In this document: positions 8,475-15,739 of the stretch, in pieces | How positions within the stretch are numbered: position 1 is the stretch's first letter | How the letters are laid out: each line of letters opens with the position of its first letter | Source of the DNA: a phage | Strand: one strand, 5' to 3' | Sequence record: NC_100327.1 | Length of the DNA: 64,000 nt | Translations under genes and position numbers: made by a program | Notes under the pieces: model-generated | Told to the model about the DNA's origin: nothing | Seen by the model: only the letters and a program-made list of their open reading frames with translations | Databases searched by the model: none

Positions 8475-8793
8475 TATTTGCCTGAATCGCCCGGATACGA
8501 CGTTTTATGACCTCCTGATCCTTGCAATCATATCCCCAAAAGTCTACGATCTTTGCGCCTCCGGCCTTTAGGCGGTATAGTGTTTCCTGCATCTTGTAAG
8601 CTGGGATCGGTCGCGGTGTTACCTGGTCGCCTCTCTCATCTTTGTACTTGATTATGTAGTCTTCGTTGTCGTTGAATACCCAAAATGGGTATTCTGTGAG
8701 CGCGTTGCTATCTTTTTCGTTTTTAGATTGGATCTTGTTTACAATTAAAGCCGTAGCAATAGCGCCAATAATAAAACTAGCCCCGCTGATCAT
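8440..8793 (-). CDS. membrane-anchored protein; start ATG at 8793 (MISGASFIIGAIATALIV...)
   Basis: RBS AAAGGAGAAAG before the ATG at 8793; N-terminal transmembrane helix. Confidence 0.5.
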   Translation of the reverse strand: MISGASFIIGAIATALIVNKIQSKNEKDSNALTEYPFWVFNDNEDYIIKYKDERGDQVTPRPIPAYKMQETLYRLKAGGAKIVDFWGYDCKDQEVIKRRIRAIQANIEISKGEIYEN

Positions 8794-8867
8794 GTACTTT
8801 CTCCTTTCATGGTGTTGATAAATTATCTTTATAGATGGCCCTGCAGCCAGGACCACCGAAAAAATAA

Positions 8868-9113
8868 CTATTTCACAATGCCTACAAAACAGATCCCGCC
8901 TTCACCTATATAAGCAATATCGGTCACTTTATAACTTGTCAAGATCTGCTTATTTAGTTCATTAATAAAATCGGTCATTGCGTTGGTGTAGTTGTCTTCC
9001 GTGTCTAAGGCATAATCCCAGGTGTACACCTTTTTACGTCCGAAGCCTTTTACCATGATACGGGCGCTTTTGGTGTTGGTAGGGGCATAATATTTGGTGA
9101 TTAGTGCTGCCAT
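8868..9113 (-). CDS. hypothetical protein (81 aa)
   Basis: ORF-track ORF; RBS TAGGAG; promoter at 9155-9184. Confidence 0.45.
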   Translation of the reverse strand: MAALITKYYAPTNTKSARIMVKGFGRKKVYTWDYALDTEDNYTNAMTDFINELNKQILTSYKVTDIAYIGEGGICFVGIVK

Positions 9114-9154
9114 GGTTTTAACTCCTATGCATTAGTTCAGTGTTAACAGTATAA

Positions 9155-9184
9155 AGTTTACTTTATTGATGGCCCTGGTGTCAA
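9155..9184 (-). promoter_or_regulatory. sigma70-type promoter (TTGACA ... TAAACT) inside palindrome gatggccctggtgtcaaggccatc
   Basis: Second copy of the 45-bp palindromic promoter element. Confidence 0.45.
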
Positions 9185-9202
9185 GGCCATCTAAAAATAA
9201 GC

Positions 9203-9544
9203 TTACTCGTTTTCTTCCAGCTCCGCAAGCTCTTCTTTTGCTTCTTCTAACTCTGTCTGTAATTCCTGGTATTCTTCATCGTCCTCAATATCCAGGCTGT
9301 CGATGTAGTCGCTAAATCCGCAGCGGTAAGCGATAGGATCTAGCTCCTTGAGGATACGCGACGGAAGAAAAGAAATGTTTCCGATCATAATTTCGCCGTA
9401 GATCTCGTCTAACCATTCATCATAGTTTTCGTCGTACTTGTCCTCGTCGATTTCAAAGTTATCGATCTTATTCTCAAGGTCTGCGATCTGTTTTTTCAGT
9501 TCAGCGATCTGCATAGCTTTTTCTGAGGCGGTCATAGTAGTCAT
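9203..9544 (-). CDS. highly acidic coiled-coil protein (113 aa)
   Basis: ORF-track ORF; very Asp/Glu-rich; RBS AAAAGGAGAAAAAC; promoter at 9596-9623. Confidence 0.5.
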   Translation of the reverse strand: MTTMTASEKAMQIAELKKQIADLENKIDNFEIDEDKYDENYDEWLDEIYGEIMIGNISFLPSRILKELDPIAYRCGFSDYIDSLDIEDDEEYQELQTELEEAKEELAELEENE

Positions 9545-9595
9545 GGTGTTTTTCTCCTTTTGTGTGTTCTGGGAAGTTTTCCCGTTTATGTGCTT

Positions 9596-9623
9596 ATTAT
9601 ATCGATTTAAGTTAGCTTGTCAA
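9596..9623 (-). promoter_or_regulatory. sigma70-type promoter (TTGACA, 16 bp, TATAAT)
   Basis: Consensus hexamers on the minus strand; 5' hairpin then RBS of 9203-9544. Confidence 0.55.
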
Positions 9624-9626
9624 TTA

Positions 9627-9743
9627 AAAGTTTAAGAAAAATTTTGCGACACCGTTGGCGCTACCCATCAACATTTGCGCCAGGATGTACCCAATGATGC
9701 AAACGATGATGGTTACCTTTGTGTGCTGGCGTGTAGTGCTCAT
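9627..9743 (-). CDS. small hydrophobic membrane peptide (39 aa)
   Basis: Hand translation MSTTRQHTKVTIIVCIIGYILAQMLMGSANGVAKFFLNF; RBS GGAGG; own promoter at 9776-9805; not in ORF track. Confidence 0.35.
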
Positions 9744-9775
9744 CTTTAAGCCTCCTTTTCCGCTCAACTGTGGTT

Positions 9776-9805
9776 AGTTTACTTTATTGATGGCCCTGGT
9801 GTCAA
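9776..9805 (-). promoter_or_regulatory. sigma70-type promoter (TTGACA ... TAAACT) inside palindrome gatggccctggtgtcaaggccatc
   Basis: Third copy of the 45-bp palindromic promoter element. Confidence 0.45.
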
Positions 9806-9823
9806 GGCCATCTAAAAATAAAC

Positions 9824-10219
9824 TCAATAAGTTTTTAGTACTTTCCCGTCCAATCTGTCAAGCTGGATCTCGATAGCTGCAGAAAACCTATTGTAAACCA
9901 CATCGCCCAGGGAGTCCAGCCAATCTATGACGTTATATACCTGCTCTTTATTCTTGCAAGTCCGGATCCGTTTCATTACGTAAGACGGATCAATATTAGC
10001 GCTCTCGTTGTTGTGGTCCTGCGCCTGGCCTGCTGCGCTAGTTATAGATTTTACAACCACCTGAAAGGGCTTTAAGGTGCCTTTTGCGTTCATCTCACGC
10101 GCTTTTGCGGCGCGGTTGTTATATGTTACACAACGGCGGCAAATGTTGACCAAATGCATATCAATAATTTTTTCATCGTTTGCCAGTTCGTTCATGATGC
10201 GGCGTACGTTCTTATTCAT
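9824..10219 (-). CDS. hypothetical protein (131 aa)
   Basis: ORF-track ORF; promoter at 10268-10297 and 5' hairpin gcgggaaacattcccgcc. Confidence 0.5.
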   Translation of the reverse strand: MNKNVRRIMNELANDEKIIDMHLVNICRRCVTYNNRAAKAREMNAKGTLKPFQVVVKSITSAAGQAQDHNNESANIDPSYVMKRIRTCKNKEQVYNVIDWLDSLGDVVYNRFSAAIEIQLDRLDGKVLKTY

Positions 10220-10267
10220 GATCTTTTTCCTTTGTGCTGGCGGGAAACATTCCCGCCTTTTGTGTCT

Positions 10268-10297
10268 AGTTTACTTAAATTTTGCAGCGTGTCAATG
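10268..10297 (-). promoter_or_regulatory. sigma70-type promoter (TTGACA ... TAAACT)
   Basis: Read on the minus strand upstream of 9824-10219. Confidence 0.45.
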
Positions 10298-10301
10298 ATT
10301 T

Positions 10302-10700
10302 TTATTCGTGGGCGCATGTTACAATGTGTTTTTTATAGCCCAGGTGGTCAGCAAGTGCCGACAAAAACTTTTCTTCGTAGATCCAGCCGTCGGCAGTGAT
10401 CCCCATAGCATTTAATGCGCTCTCAAGTGCTGCGTTAGCTTTATCGTAACCGTGACCGCTCGCCTTGCCGCCAGTATAACCGTACTTATTGTTCTTGTTG
10501 TCGTGAATCCAAAACACGCAGTAGTGAGTGTTCCCGCTGGCGGCGGCATAATACCGGATCTCAGCTACTTCGTGCAAATTATTGTCATCGTCCAGGCCCA
10601 CCAGATTATAAGCCTTGTAAAATCCACGATCACGGCGGCAGTTCTTGACATCAGAAAAAGAAAAGTCCGCATTATCAAAATTAAAGGTAGTGGTTTTCAT
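10302..10700 (-). CDS. hypothetical protein (132 aa)
   Basis: ORF-track ORF; RBS AAGAGGATAAAATC; promoter at 10733-10761. Confidence 0.5.
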   Translation of the reverse strand: MKTTTFNFDNADFSFSDVKNCRRDRGFYKAYNLVGLDDDNNLHEVAEIRYYAAASGNTHYCVFWIHDNKNNKYGYTGGKASGHGYDKANAALESALNAMGITADGWIYEEKFLSALADHLGYKKHIVTCAHE

Positions 10701-10732
10701 GATTTTATCCTCTTAGTGTCTTTTGTGCTTTT

Positions 10733-10761
10733 AGTGTATTTGGTGTCGGACTATATGTCAA
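10733..10761 (-). promoter_or_regulatory. sigma70-type promoter (TTGACA, 17 bp, TACACT)
   Basis: Read on the minus strand upstream of 10302-10700. Confidence 0.45.
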
Positions 10762-10764
10762 TAC

Positions 10765-10962
10765 TTATTTTTTATTAAACCAGTGGTTGATCTGTCCTTT
10801 TGTCAGGGCGCAACGATTAAGCTGTTGCCGGGTATAGCTCTGACCGCGACGGAATTTATAAAGGCCTTGCCCGTTGTTGATGGTTACGTCCACCTGGCAA
10901 ACCATTTGATCGGTGACCACCTGGCGAGTGTTGCGACGTACTTTGATCCCGTATGCGTTCAT
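10765..10962 (-). CDS. hypothetical basic protein; start ATG at 10962 (MNAYGIKVRR...)
   Basis: RBS AAAGAGGA before the ATG; the track start lies inside promoter 11013-11040, so the true start is downstream. Confidence 0.45.
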   Translation of the reverse strand: MNAYGIKVRRNTRQVVTDQMVCQVDVTINNGQGLYKFRRGQSYTRQQLNRCALTKGQINHWFNKK

Positions 10963-11012
10963 AAATTTATCCTCTTTACTGGTTAGTGCGGTGTTGTTCA
11001 CCTTGTAGGGTA

Positions 11013-11040
11013 ATAATACCATGATTAACCTTGTTGTCAA
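11013..11040 (-). promoter_or_regulatory. sigma70-type promoter (TTGACA, 16 bp, TATTAT)
   Basis: Read on the minus strand upstream of 10765-10962. Confidence 0.5.
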
Positions 11041-11339
11041 CGATTATTTTAAATTATTTTTATGATAGAATCCACCTGCCGCCCCCGCCAGGTTAACCAC
11101 CATTTTTTCGTACTCTTCTTTATGTTCCCGCGCTTCTGTATCATTAATCACTACATTTCCAGGTGAGTAGCATTACCTTTCATTTTTGTACCTCCTCTTC
11201 AATTGTTTACCCTACAGCATGGGCCTACCAGGTTTGCAAGATTTCACCCTCTCCCACCTGGTCAGTTAGGTCCTGCCAGGCTGGCCCCGCCAGGTTGCAG
11301 CGGTTAGCGCATCAGGTTAGAAAAATTTTTTGAAAAGTG

Positions 11340-11368
11340 TTGACAGCGGCCCCGACAGGTGGCACAAT
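11340..11368 (+). promoter_or_regulatory. sigma70-type promoter (TTGACA, 17 bp, CACAAT) reading into the non-coding region
   Basis: Plus-strand hexamers; GC-rich element copy B begins about 15 nt downstream. Confidence 0.4.
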
Positions 11369-11382
11369 ATACCTATCGAAAG

Positions 11383-11420
11383 GACGGCAGGCACCGGTGA
11401 CGGGGGAGACAACCACCAGG
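11383..11420 (+). promoter_or_regulatory. Conserved GC-rich promoter-proximal element, copy B
   Basis: ggacggcaggcaccggtgacgggggagacaaccaccagg; followed at 11440-11455 by GAGAACGGTTATCATT. Confidence 0.5.
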
Positions 11421-11483
11421 GATGAGCGCTGCATAAAATGAGAACGGTTATCATTATCATTTAAAAATTTATGCAAAAAATCC

Positions 11484-11511
11484 TTGCTTTCTTTGTCCTG
11501 TGTGATACTAT
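11484..11511 (+). promoter_or_regulatory. candidate sigma70-type promoter (TTGCTT, 16 bp, TACTAT; overlapping TATAAT)
   Basis: Plus-strand hexamers just upstream of GC-rich element copy C. Confidence 0.35.
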
Positions 11512-11526
11512 AATAACAAGCCGGGG

Positions 11527-11568
11527 CAACAGGGGCCGGGAGACAATCACCGGGCCTGCCCGTTATTC
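11527..11568 (+). promoter_or_regulatory. Conserved GC-rich promoter-proximal element, copy C
   Basis: caacaggggccgggagacaatcaccgggcctgcc; followed at 11576-11591 by GAGAATGATTATCATT. Confidence 0.5.
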
Positions 11569-11707
11569 TGCAAACGAGAATGATTATCATTCAAGATTCT
11601 AAATGAGAACTCCTCGCATTTAATAAATTTAATTAGCACGCTAATTACCCTCCGTAACAATTTACTATAAAATAGTATCCACTAAAATATTCCCATATAG
11701 AAATTTT

Positions 11708-11884
11708 AAAAATCCATTTCTGAAAACGAAAAATCGATTTCGTCCCCAAAAATTTCAGGTTGAGAGCCGGAACGATTTCCAGAAAATCCGATTCAGAAAA
11801 CGAAAAACAGATCGAGTACTGAGAAATTTATCGAGAAAAATTTTCAGAAAATCCAAGCCCTGAAATGAAAAGTAGATCGAGTAC
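11708..11884. repeat. Iteron-like array of three about 40-bp direct repeats (core GAAAATCC..GAAAACGAAAAA..GATCGAGTAC)
   Basis: Units at about 11708-11742, 11781-11819 and 11845-11884; related partial copies near 12059-12100 and 12140-12160. Confidence 0.5.
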
Positions 11885-12196
11885 CTGGAAAGCTGCACCG
11901 CAACTTCAAGATAGCGGTTAGATTGTTACCATAGAAGGTCAAGGGTAAGTGGAGGAAGTTCTAGTAGAGGGAGGTTAGCATGTGTGGGAAATCTATAATG
12001 GTGGCCTGGAATATGGTGCAAACGATAGAATGAGTTATTCAGCTTGTCGCGCCTACTCTGAAAAATCCATTTTAGTTTTCGATCCATTTTCTGATTTTCT
12101 AAGAATTTTAAAATATCCAGCCCGGTGAAATATCAAAAGGAGGAAATCCATTTTAGAAATCCCCCTTATACTTGATATGCCAGGAATTTTCAAGTA

Positions 12197-12526
12197 TCAG
12201 TTGTCTTTGTTTTTAGGTTTGTACATGCGCAGAGGTATGGTCTTTGTAACATTCCATTTCCTCAACCCTTCCCAGCTCCAGTTGTGGGCGTGGTATCCGG
12301 TTATGCATGCACTACTGGAGTGATCGTAAGCATAAGAGAACGCTAAGCGCACCAGGTGGGGCCAGTCCTTCCATGGTTGTGGACCGTAAGCTTTTCTCCA
12401 ACACCGACACAAACTAAATGTCTCAAGGATAGGAAGGATAACAAATCCATACACCGCCACCAGAATAGCCAGCGCAATGATTGTCAGGAATACATACCCT
12501 GCAGTTGAAATGATGATCTCTGTCAT
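12197..12526 (-). CDS. membrane protein (109 aa)
   Basis: ORF-track ORF; hydrophobic N-terminal segment. Confidence 0.45.
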   Translation of the reverse strand: MTEIIISTAGYVFLTIIALAILVAVYGFVILPILETFSLCRCWRKAYGPQPWKDWPHLVRLAFSYAYDHSSSACITGYHAHNWSWEGLRKWNVTKTIPLRMYKPKNKDN

Positions 12527-12720
12527 TTGTCCTCCCCTTTCTTACGAATATAGATGTGAGAGCCTGCCTGTATATAAATTTCTCGACCATCTTCTGCAAA
12601 GATATGAAATACACGATCACCTTCGTACTCGATACGAGATATTTTCATAATGGTCTTTCCACCTGGGATACGGATCTCGTCCCCCACAGCGATGTTCCAT
12701 GCAGATTTAAGCTTAAACAT
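12523..12720 (-). CDS. hypothetical protein; likely start ATG at 12720 (MFKLKSAW...)
   Basis: RBS AAGGAAGG before the internal ATG; the track start would overlap the upstream gene by 74 nt. Confidence 0.4.
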   Translation of the reverse strand: MFKLKSAWNIAVGDEIRIPGGKTIMKISRIEYEGDRVFHIFAEDGREIYIQAGSHIYIRKKGEDK

Positions 12721-12958
12721 CTGCACCTTCCTTTGGGAGCTCGAACTCTGGCATAGCCATATACGCCACAACAGGGTTGTAATCAAAGTAGAAATGACCG
12801 TTAATTATCCCAGTTTTGTGAGCATAGTCACCAGATCCTGCAAGAACAACCTCGCAAACTCCGAAATCAACCTTGCCATTCTCATCTGCCATGGCTACAA
12901 TATACTTTCCTAGAGGCATGTTTTTAACGCCGTCTACAAATGTCCACCCTTTGTTCAT
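12713..12958 (-). CDS. hypothetical protein (81 aa)
   Basis: ORF-track ORF. Confidence 0.45.
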   Translation of the reverse strand: MNKGWTFVDGVKNMPLGKYIVAMADENGKVDFGVCEVVLAGSGDYAHKTGIINGHFYFDYNPVVAYMAMPEFELPKEGADV

Positions 12959-12979
12959 AACTTTATCTCCTGGACTTTC

Positions 12980-13312
12980 TTAAGGTAACCAGTAAACAAT
13001 TTCGCCTTTCAGTTCCATGTCGTTACCGACATAGATTTTCCAGCCATCCATTTTAGCCACTGCAGGAGTGAAGTCCGAAGAACCACTAACCTCTTTCCAA
13101 GTCCCGTAGTCAGGTTGCCAGATATAGAATCCACCTTCCTTGTCCCATGCTCCATATACCACATCGAGCAGGTTGCCCATTGCAACAATAGTAGGCCGTG
13201 GGAATAATACATCTACAGATGCACCACAATTTCGGGTAGATTTTAAATTACAATCCCAAAAGATGTCTGCCAGTGTGGCGGCAATAGCTTTACGTCTTTC
13301 CAATGTTACCAT
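12980..13312 (-). CDS. hypothetical protein (110 aa)
   Basis: ORF-track ORF. Confidence 0.45.
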   Translation of the reverse strand: MVTLERRKAIAATLADIFWDCNLKSTRNCGASVDVLFPRPTIVAMGNLLDVVYGAWDKEGGFYIWQPDYGTWKEVSGSSDFTPAVAKMDGWKIYVGNDMELKGEIVYWLP

Positions 13313-13322
13313 GGCACGATAC

Positions 13323-13514
13323 TCACTTGTTGTTAAGAAGTTCTAAAACTTTCTGTTTTACTTTGTCAAGGTCTGTGGATTCAAAAACTGTACGATATCC
13401 CCAACTTTGCCCATAGGAGTGACTGCAATCCCCGTAGCACCATTGCTCAATTTGATAGTATTCAAGGAACGGGTGCTGTCTAACTATGATACCATCCCGG
13501 TTAAAAATTACCAT
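13323..13514 (-). CDS. hypothetical protein (63 aa)
   Basis: ORF-track ORF. Confidence 0.4.
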   Translation of the reverse strand: MVIFNRDGIIVRQHPFLEYYQIEQWCYGDCSHSYGQSWGYRTVFESTDLDKVKQKVLELLNNK

Positions 13515-13577
13515 AATACATCACCCTCTGTTAGTTTATGCGTATATTATACACTGCAGTTTTCAGATGTCAACCTC

Positions 13578-13829
13578 TTACAGATTGCTCCAGTACAATC
13601 GGCATTTACATTTTGGGCAATGAGGTTCTTTTATGTAGTAACCGTCAGTCTTTGGAACACTTTTTGGTGCAGTTTTAAGATTGTACCTGGTAAAACATCG
13701 GAAGCAGGTTACCTCTCCCACCTGTTGATCGTTGATCCACTCACCGGAGTAAAGTTCTTTCTTGTTTCTCATAATTCTCTCCCAAATCCTCTGCAATCTT
13801 ATACCAAAATCTCCAGCCAGAAAGCACAA
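13578..13829 (-). CDS. small zinc-ribbon-like protein (CxxC ... CxxC)
   Basis: Two Cys pairs (CFRC and CPKC); true start may be the internal ATG (MRNKKELYSGEW...). Confidence 0.45.
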   Translation of the reverse strand: MCFLAGDFGIRLQRIWERIMRNKKELYSGEWINDQQVGEVTCFRCFTRYNLKTAPKSVPKTDGYYIKEPHCPKCKCRLYWSNL

Positions 13830-14023
13830 GGGAACACTTTGAGGATTGAATCTTTACTTGGCTCGGAAGTTCTTTTTCCGTATGGTAGGTAGAAATACCC
13901 TCCTGCAGATTCGAATATAGCTCCTTCGGTTGTATCTACCACAGCAAGAATTAAGATTTTAGTCTCCACAGTGCTCTCCTCTCTTAGTTGTCGTGGAAAC
14001 TATATCACCTCAGAAGATGGTCG

Positions 14024-14482
14024 TCAACACTTTTTGTACTCCACCACGACAATATCTATGTCGAAAGTGGCAAGGTTAATAACGTCCTCTACGTGTTCCC
14101 ACTTCAAACCGCCTATGCCGCACCCGATCTTAGGGATGTAGAATGGTAAAGTCGATCCGCTGAATACTTCATTGACTAGCTCAAAGCCTTTCAGGATTGA
14201 GAAATACTCAGCATTAGGTCCTGGGTAGAACTGGGTATATAGATTGATTCCGTAGACAATACCTATCGGAGATAAGTGCTCCCATCGGGAGAACGCACCC
14301 AGTTTACTTAGGCAACCGTATCTAGTCTCTTTGTCGGCTGACAGTGCTTGAGGAAACTCACGGGCAATCTGTTTTGCTATACCCTTGCCCATTGTGTGGA
14401 AGCAGTTACAACCGTGGATCAGGTGACCAGCACCGCTCTTAAAAAGGGAGATTAAATCTCCCTCTACAGTATCAATAATCAC
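14024..14482 (-). CDS. macro-domain protein (ADP-ribose binding/processing); probable GTG start at 14482
   Basis: N-terminal block GDLISLF...HLIHGCNCFHTMGKGIAKQI and C-terminal IPKIGCGIGGL match the macro-domain pattern; RBS GAGGAG lies 10 nt before the GTG; the track start at 14563 would overlap the upstream gene. Confidence 0.55.
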   Translation of the reverse strand: MIIDTVEGDLISLFKSGAGHLIHGCNCFHTMGKGIAKQIAREFPQALSADKETRYGCLSKLGAFSRWEHLSPIGIVYGINLYTQFYPGPNAEYFSILKGFELVNEVFSGSTLPFYIPKIGCGIGGLKWEHVEDVINLATFDIDIVVVEYKKC

Positions 14483-14897
14483 GGTAAGCCAGCTCCTCTT
14501 CCGCAATTTCAAAAAACTCAGTCCAGCACTGTGGCATATTGGAGTTACCGAAGTGGCTTTCATAGTAAAGGTTCTTACCGCTAGGAAGGTAGAAATCTGT
14601 TACCTCATAAAATCCACAATCGTCGCACTCACCTTCTTCAAACTTGGCCTTAACCTTAATACCGAGGAAGGTGAAAAGTTTATGGACATCTTCAGTTTCG
14701 AACTCCCAGGGAATGTTGTTTTCCGCATCGGTGTAGAACTGGATCAGCAGACCATTGTCCAGTTTACCAAAATACTCTGTGAAGTAACTTCCTTCCCAGA
14801 AATCTTTATGACAAATAATATCCATGCGTTTGCCCATAATAATGGTGTGAGCGTTTTGGGCATCGTCACGAATCAGTTTTGGCATTTCATAGATCAT
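14472..14897 (-). CDS. hypothetical protein (141 aa)
   Basis: ORF-track ORF. Confidence 0.5.
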   Translation of the reverse strand: MIYEMPKLIRDDAQNAHTIIMGKRMDIICHKDFWEGSYFTEYFGKLDNGLLIQFYTDAENNIPWEFETEDVHKLFTFLGIKVKAKFEEGECDDCGFYEVTDFYLPSGKNLYYESHFGNSNMPQCWTEFFEIAEEELAYRDY

Positions 14898-14965
14898 CTT
14901 AGTTCTCCTGGTTCAACAGGTGGTGGCGCTACAGGAAGATCATAAAACATAGCTATCACAGTCTC

Positions 14966-15163
14966 TTACACAGGAATTGCTTCAAACAGGCCGTTATCTA
15001 TACCGTCCTTCAGATAGAGATTATATTCTATGTCGGTATCTGTGTAAAGGGCAGCATCCAGCATTCTATCTGTGAGTCCATCCATTGGGTGGATAAACCA
15101 CCACCCACGCCAGTCAAAGTAACAGCCTGGTGCATCTTCTCTTACACGGATTCGATAAATCAT
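14966..15163 (-). CDS. hypothetical protein (65 aa)
   Basis: ORF-track ORF. Confidence 0.4.
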   Translation of the reverse strand: MIYRIRVREDAPGCYFDWRGWWFIHPMDGLTDRMLDAALYTDTDIEYNLYLKDGIDNGLFEAIPV

Positions 15164-15259
15164 GGGCAGTGGCCTCCTGTTAGTTATACATCCCAGTTTT
15201 CTTCGTTCATCACGTCCTCCCGTTCTATGAAGTTATAATTGCACACCTTTCAATCTGTG

Positions 15260-15676
15260 TCAACAGAAAACTTCAACAAACTCTTCCACAGTTTTAATGT
15301 CGTGGGAAAAAGGTTTACGGCTATAACGGGCAATAGCACTATCAACCACCGCCCGGTACTCTAAATCTTCAGAGTATTTCATGAAGCATTGTAGCGTCTC
15401 TGGACAGATAGCTAAATAGCTCCACCACCCTTCTTCAGATTGGTAGTCGAATCCCATACTCTCCAACCATGAAGCATATACTCCTGCACCCTCAAGCCAG
15501 TGAGTATTTTCATCCAGAAACTTGTTAATAGACATGTGAGCTTCTAAGCATTTATCTAGCTCTTTTCCGTTAACCAGCCACGCACTGACCGTGGCGCATC
15601 CAAGGTCTACAGATTGAGTTGACAGGTTGTATTGGTCATAGTTCTCAGGTTTAACAATGATATCTTCTAATGTCAT
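15260..15676 (-). CDS. hypothetical protein (138 aa)
   Basis: ORF-track ORF; RBS AAGGAG after the terminator at 15690-15725. Confidence 0.5.
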   Translation of the reverse strand: MTLEDIIVKPENYDQYNLSTQSVDLGCATVSAWLVNGKELDKCLEAHMSINKFLDENTHWLEGAGVYASWLESMGFDYQSEEGWWSYLAICPETLQCFMKYSEDLEYRAVVDSAIARYSRKPFSHDIKTVEEFVEVFC

Positions 15677-15689
15677 TTTTCAGATCTCC

Positions 15690-15725
15690 TTATACAAAAA
15701 TGCCCCACCCTTTCGGGCAGGGGCT
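15690..15725 (-). terminator. Rho-independent terminator after the SSB-like gene
   Basis: GC-rich hairpin (plus-strand tgccccaccctttcgggcagggg) followed by a U-run on the minus strand; near-identical copy at 26570-26602. Confidence 0.5.
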
Positions 15726-15739
15726 ATGTTAACTAATTG

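Noticed and set aside
11312-11590. 92-aa minus-strand ORF in the 11-kb non-coding hub
   Set aside because: Overlaps the promoter and GC-rich repeat elements, has no RBS, and the translation is Pro/Ala/Cys-rich. More likely non-coding.
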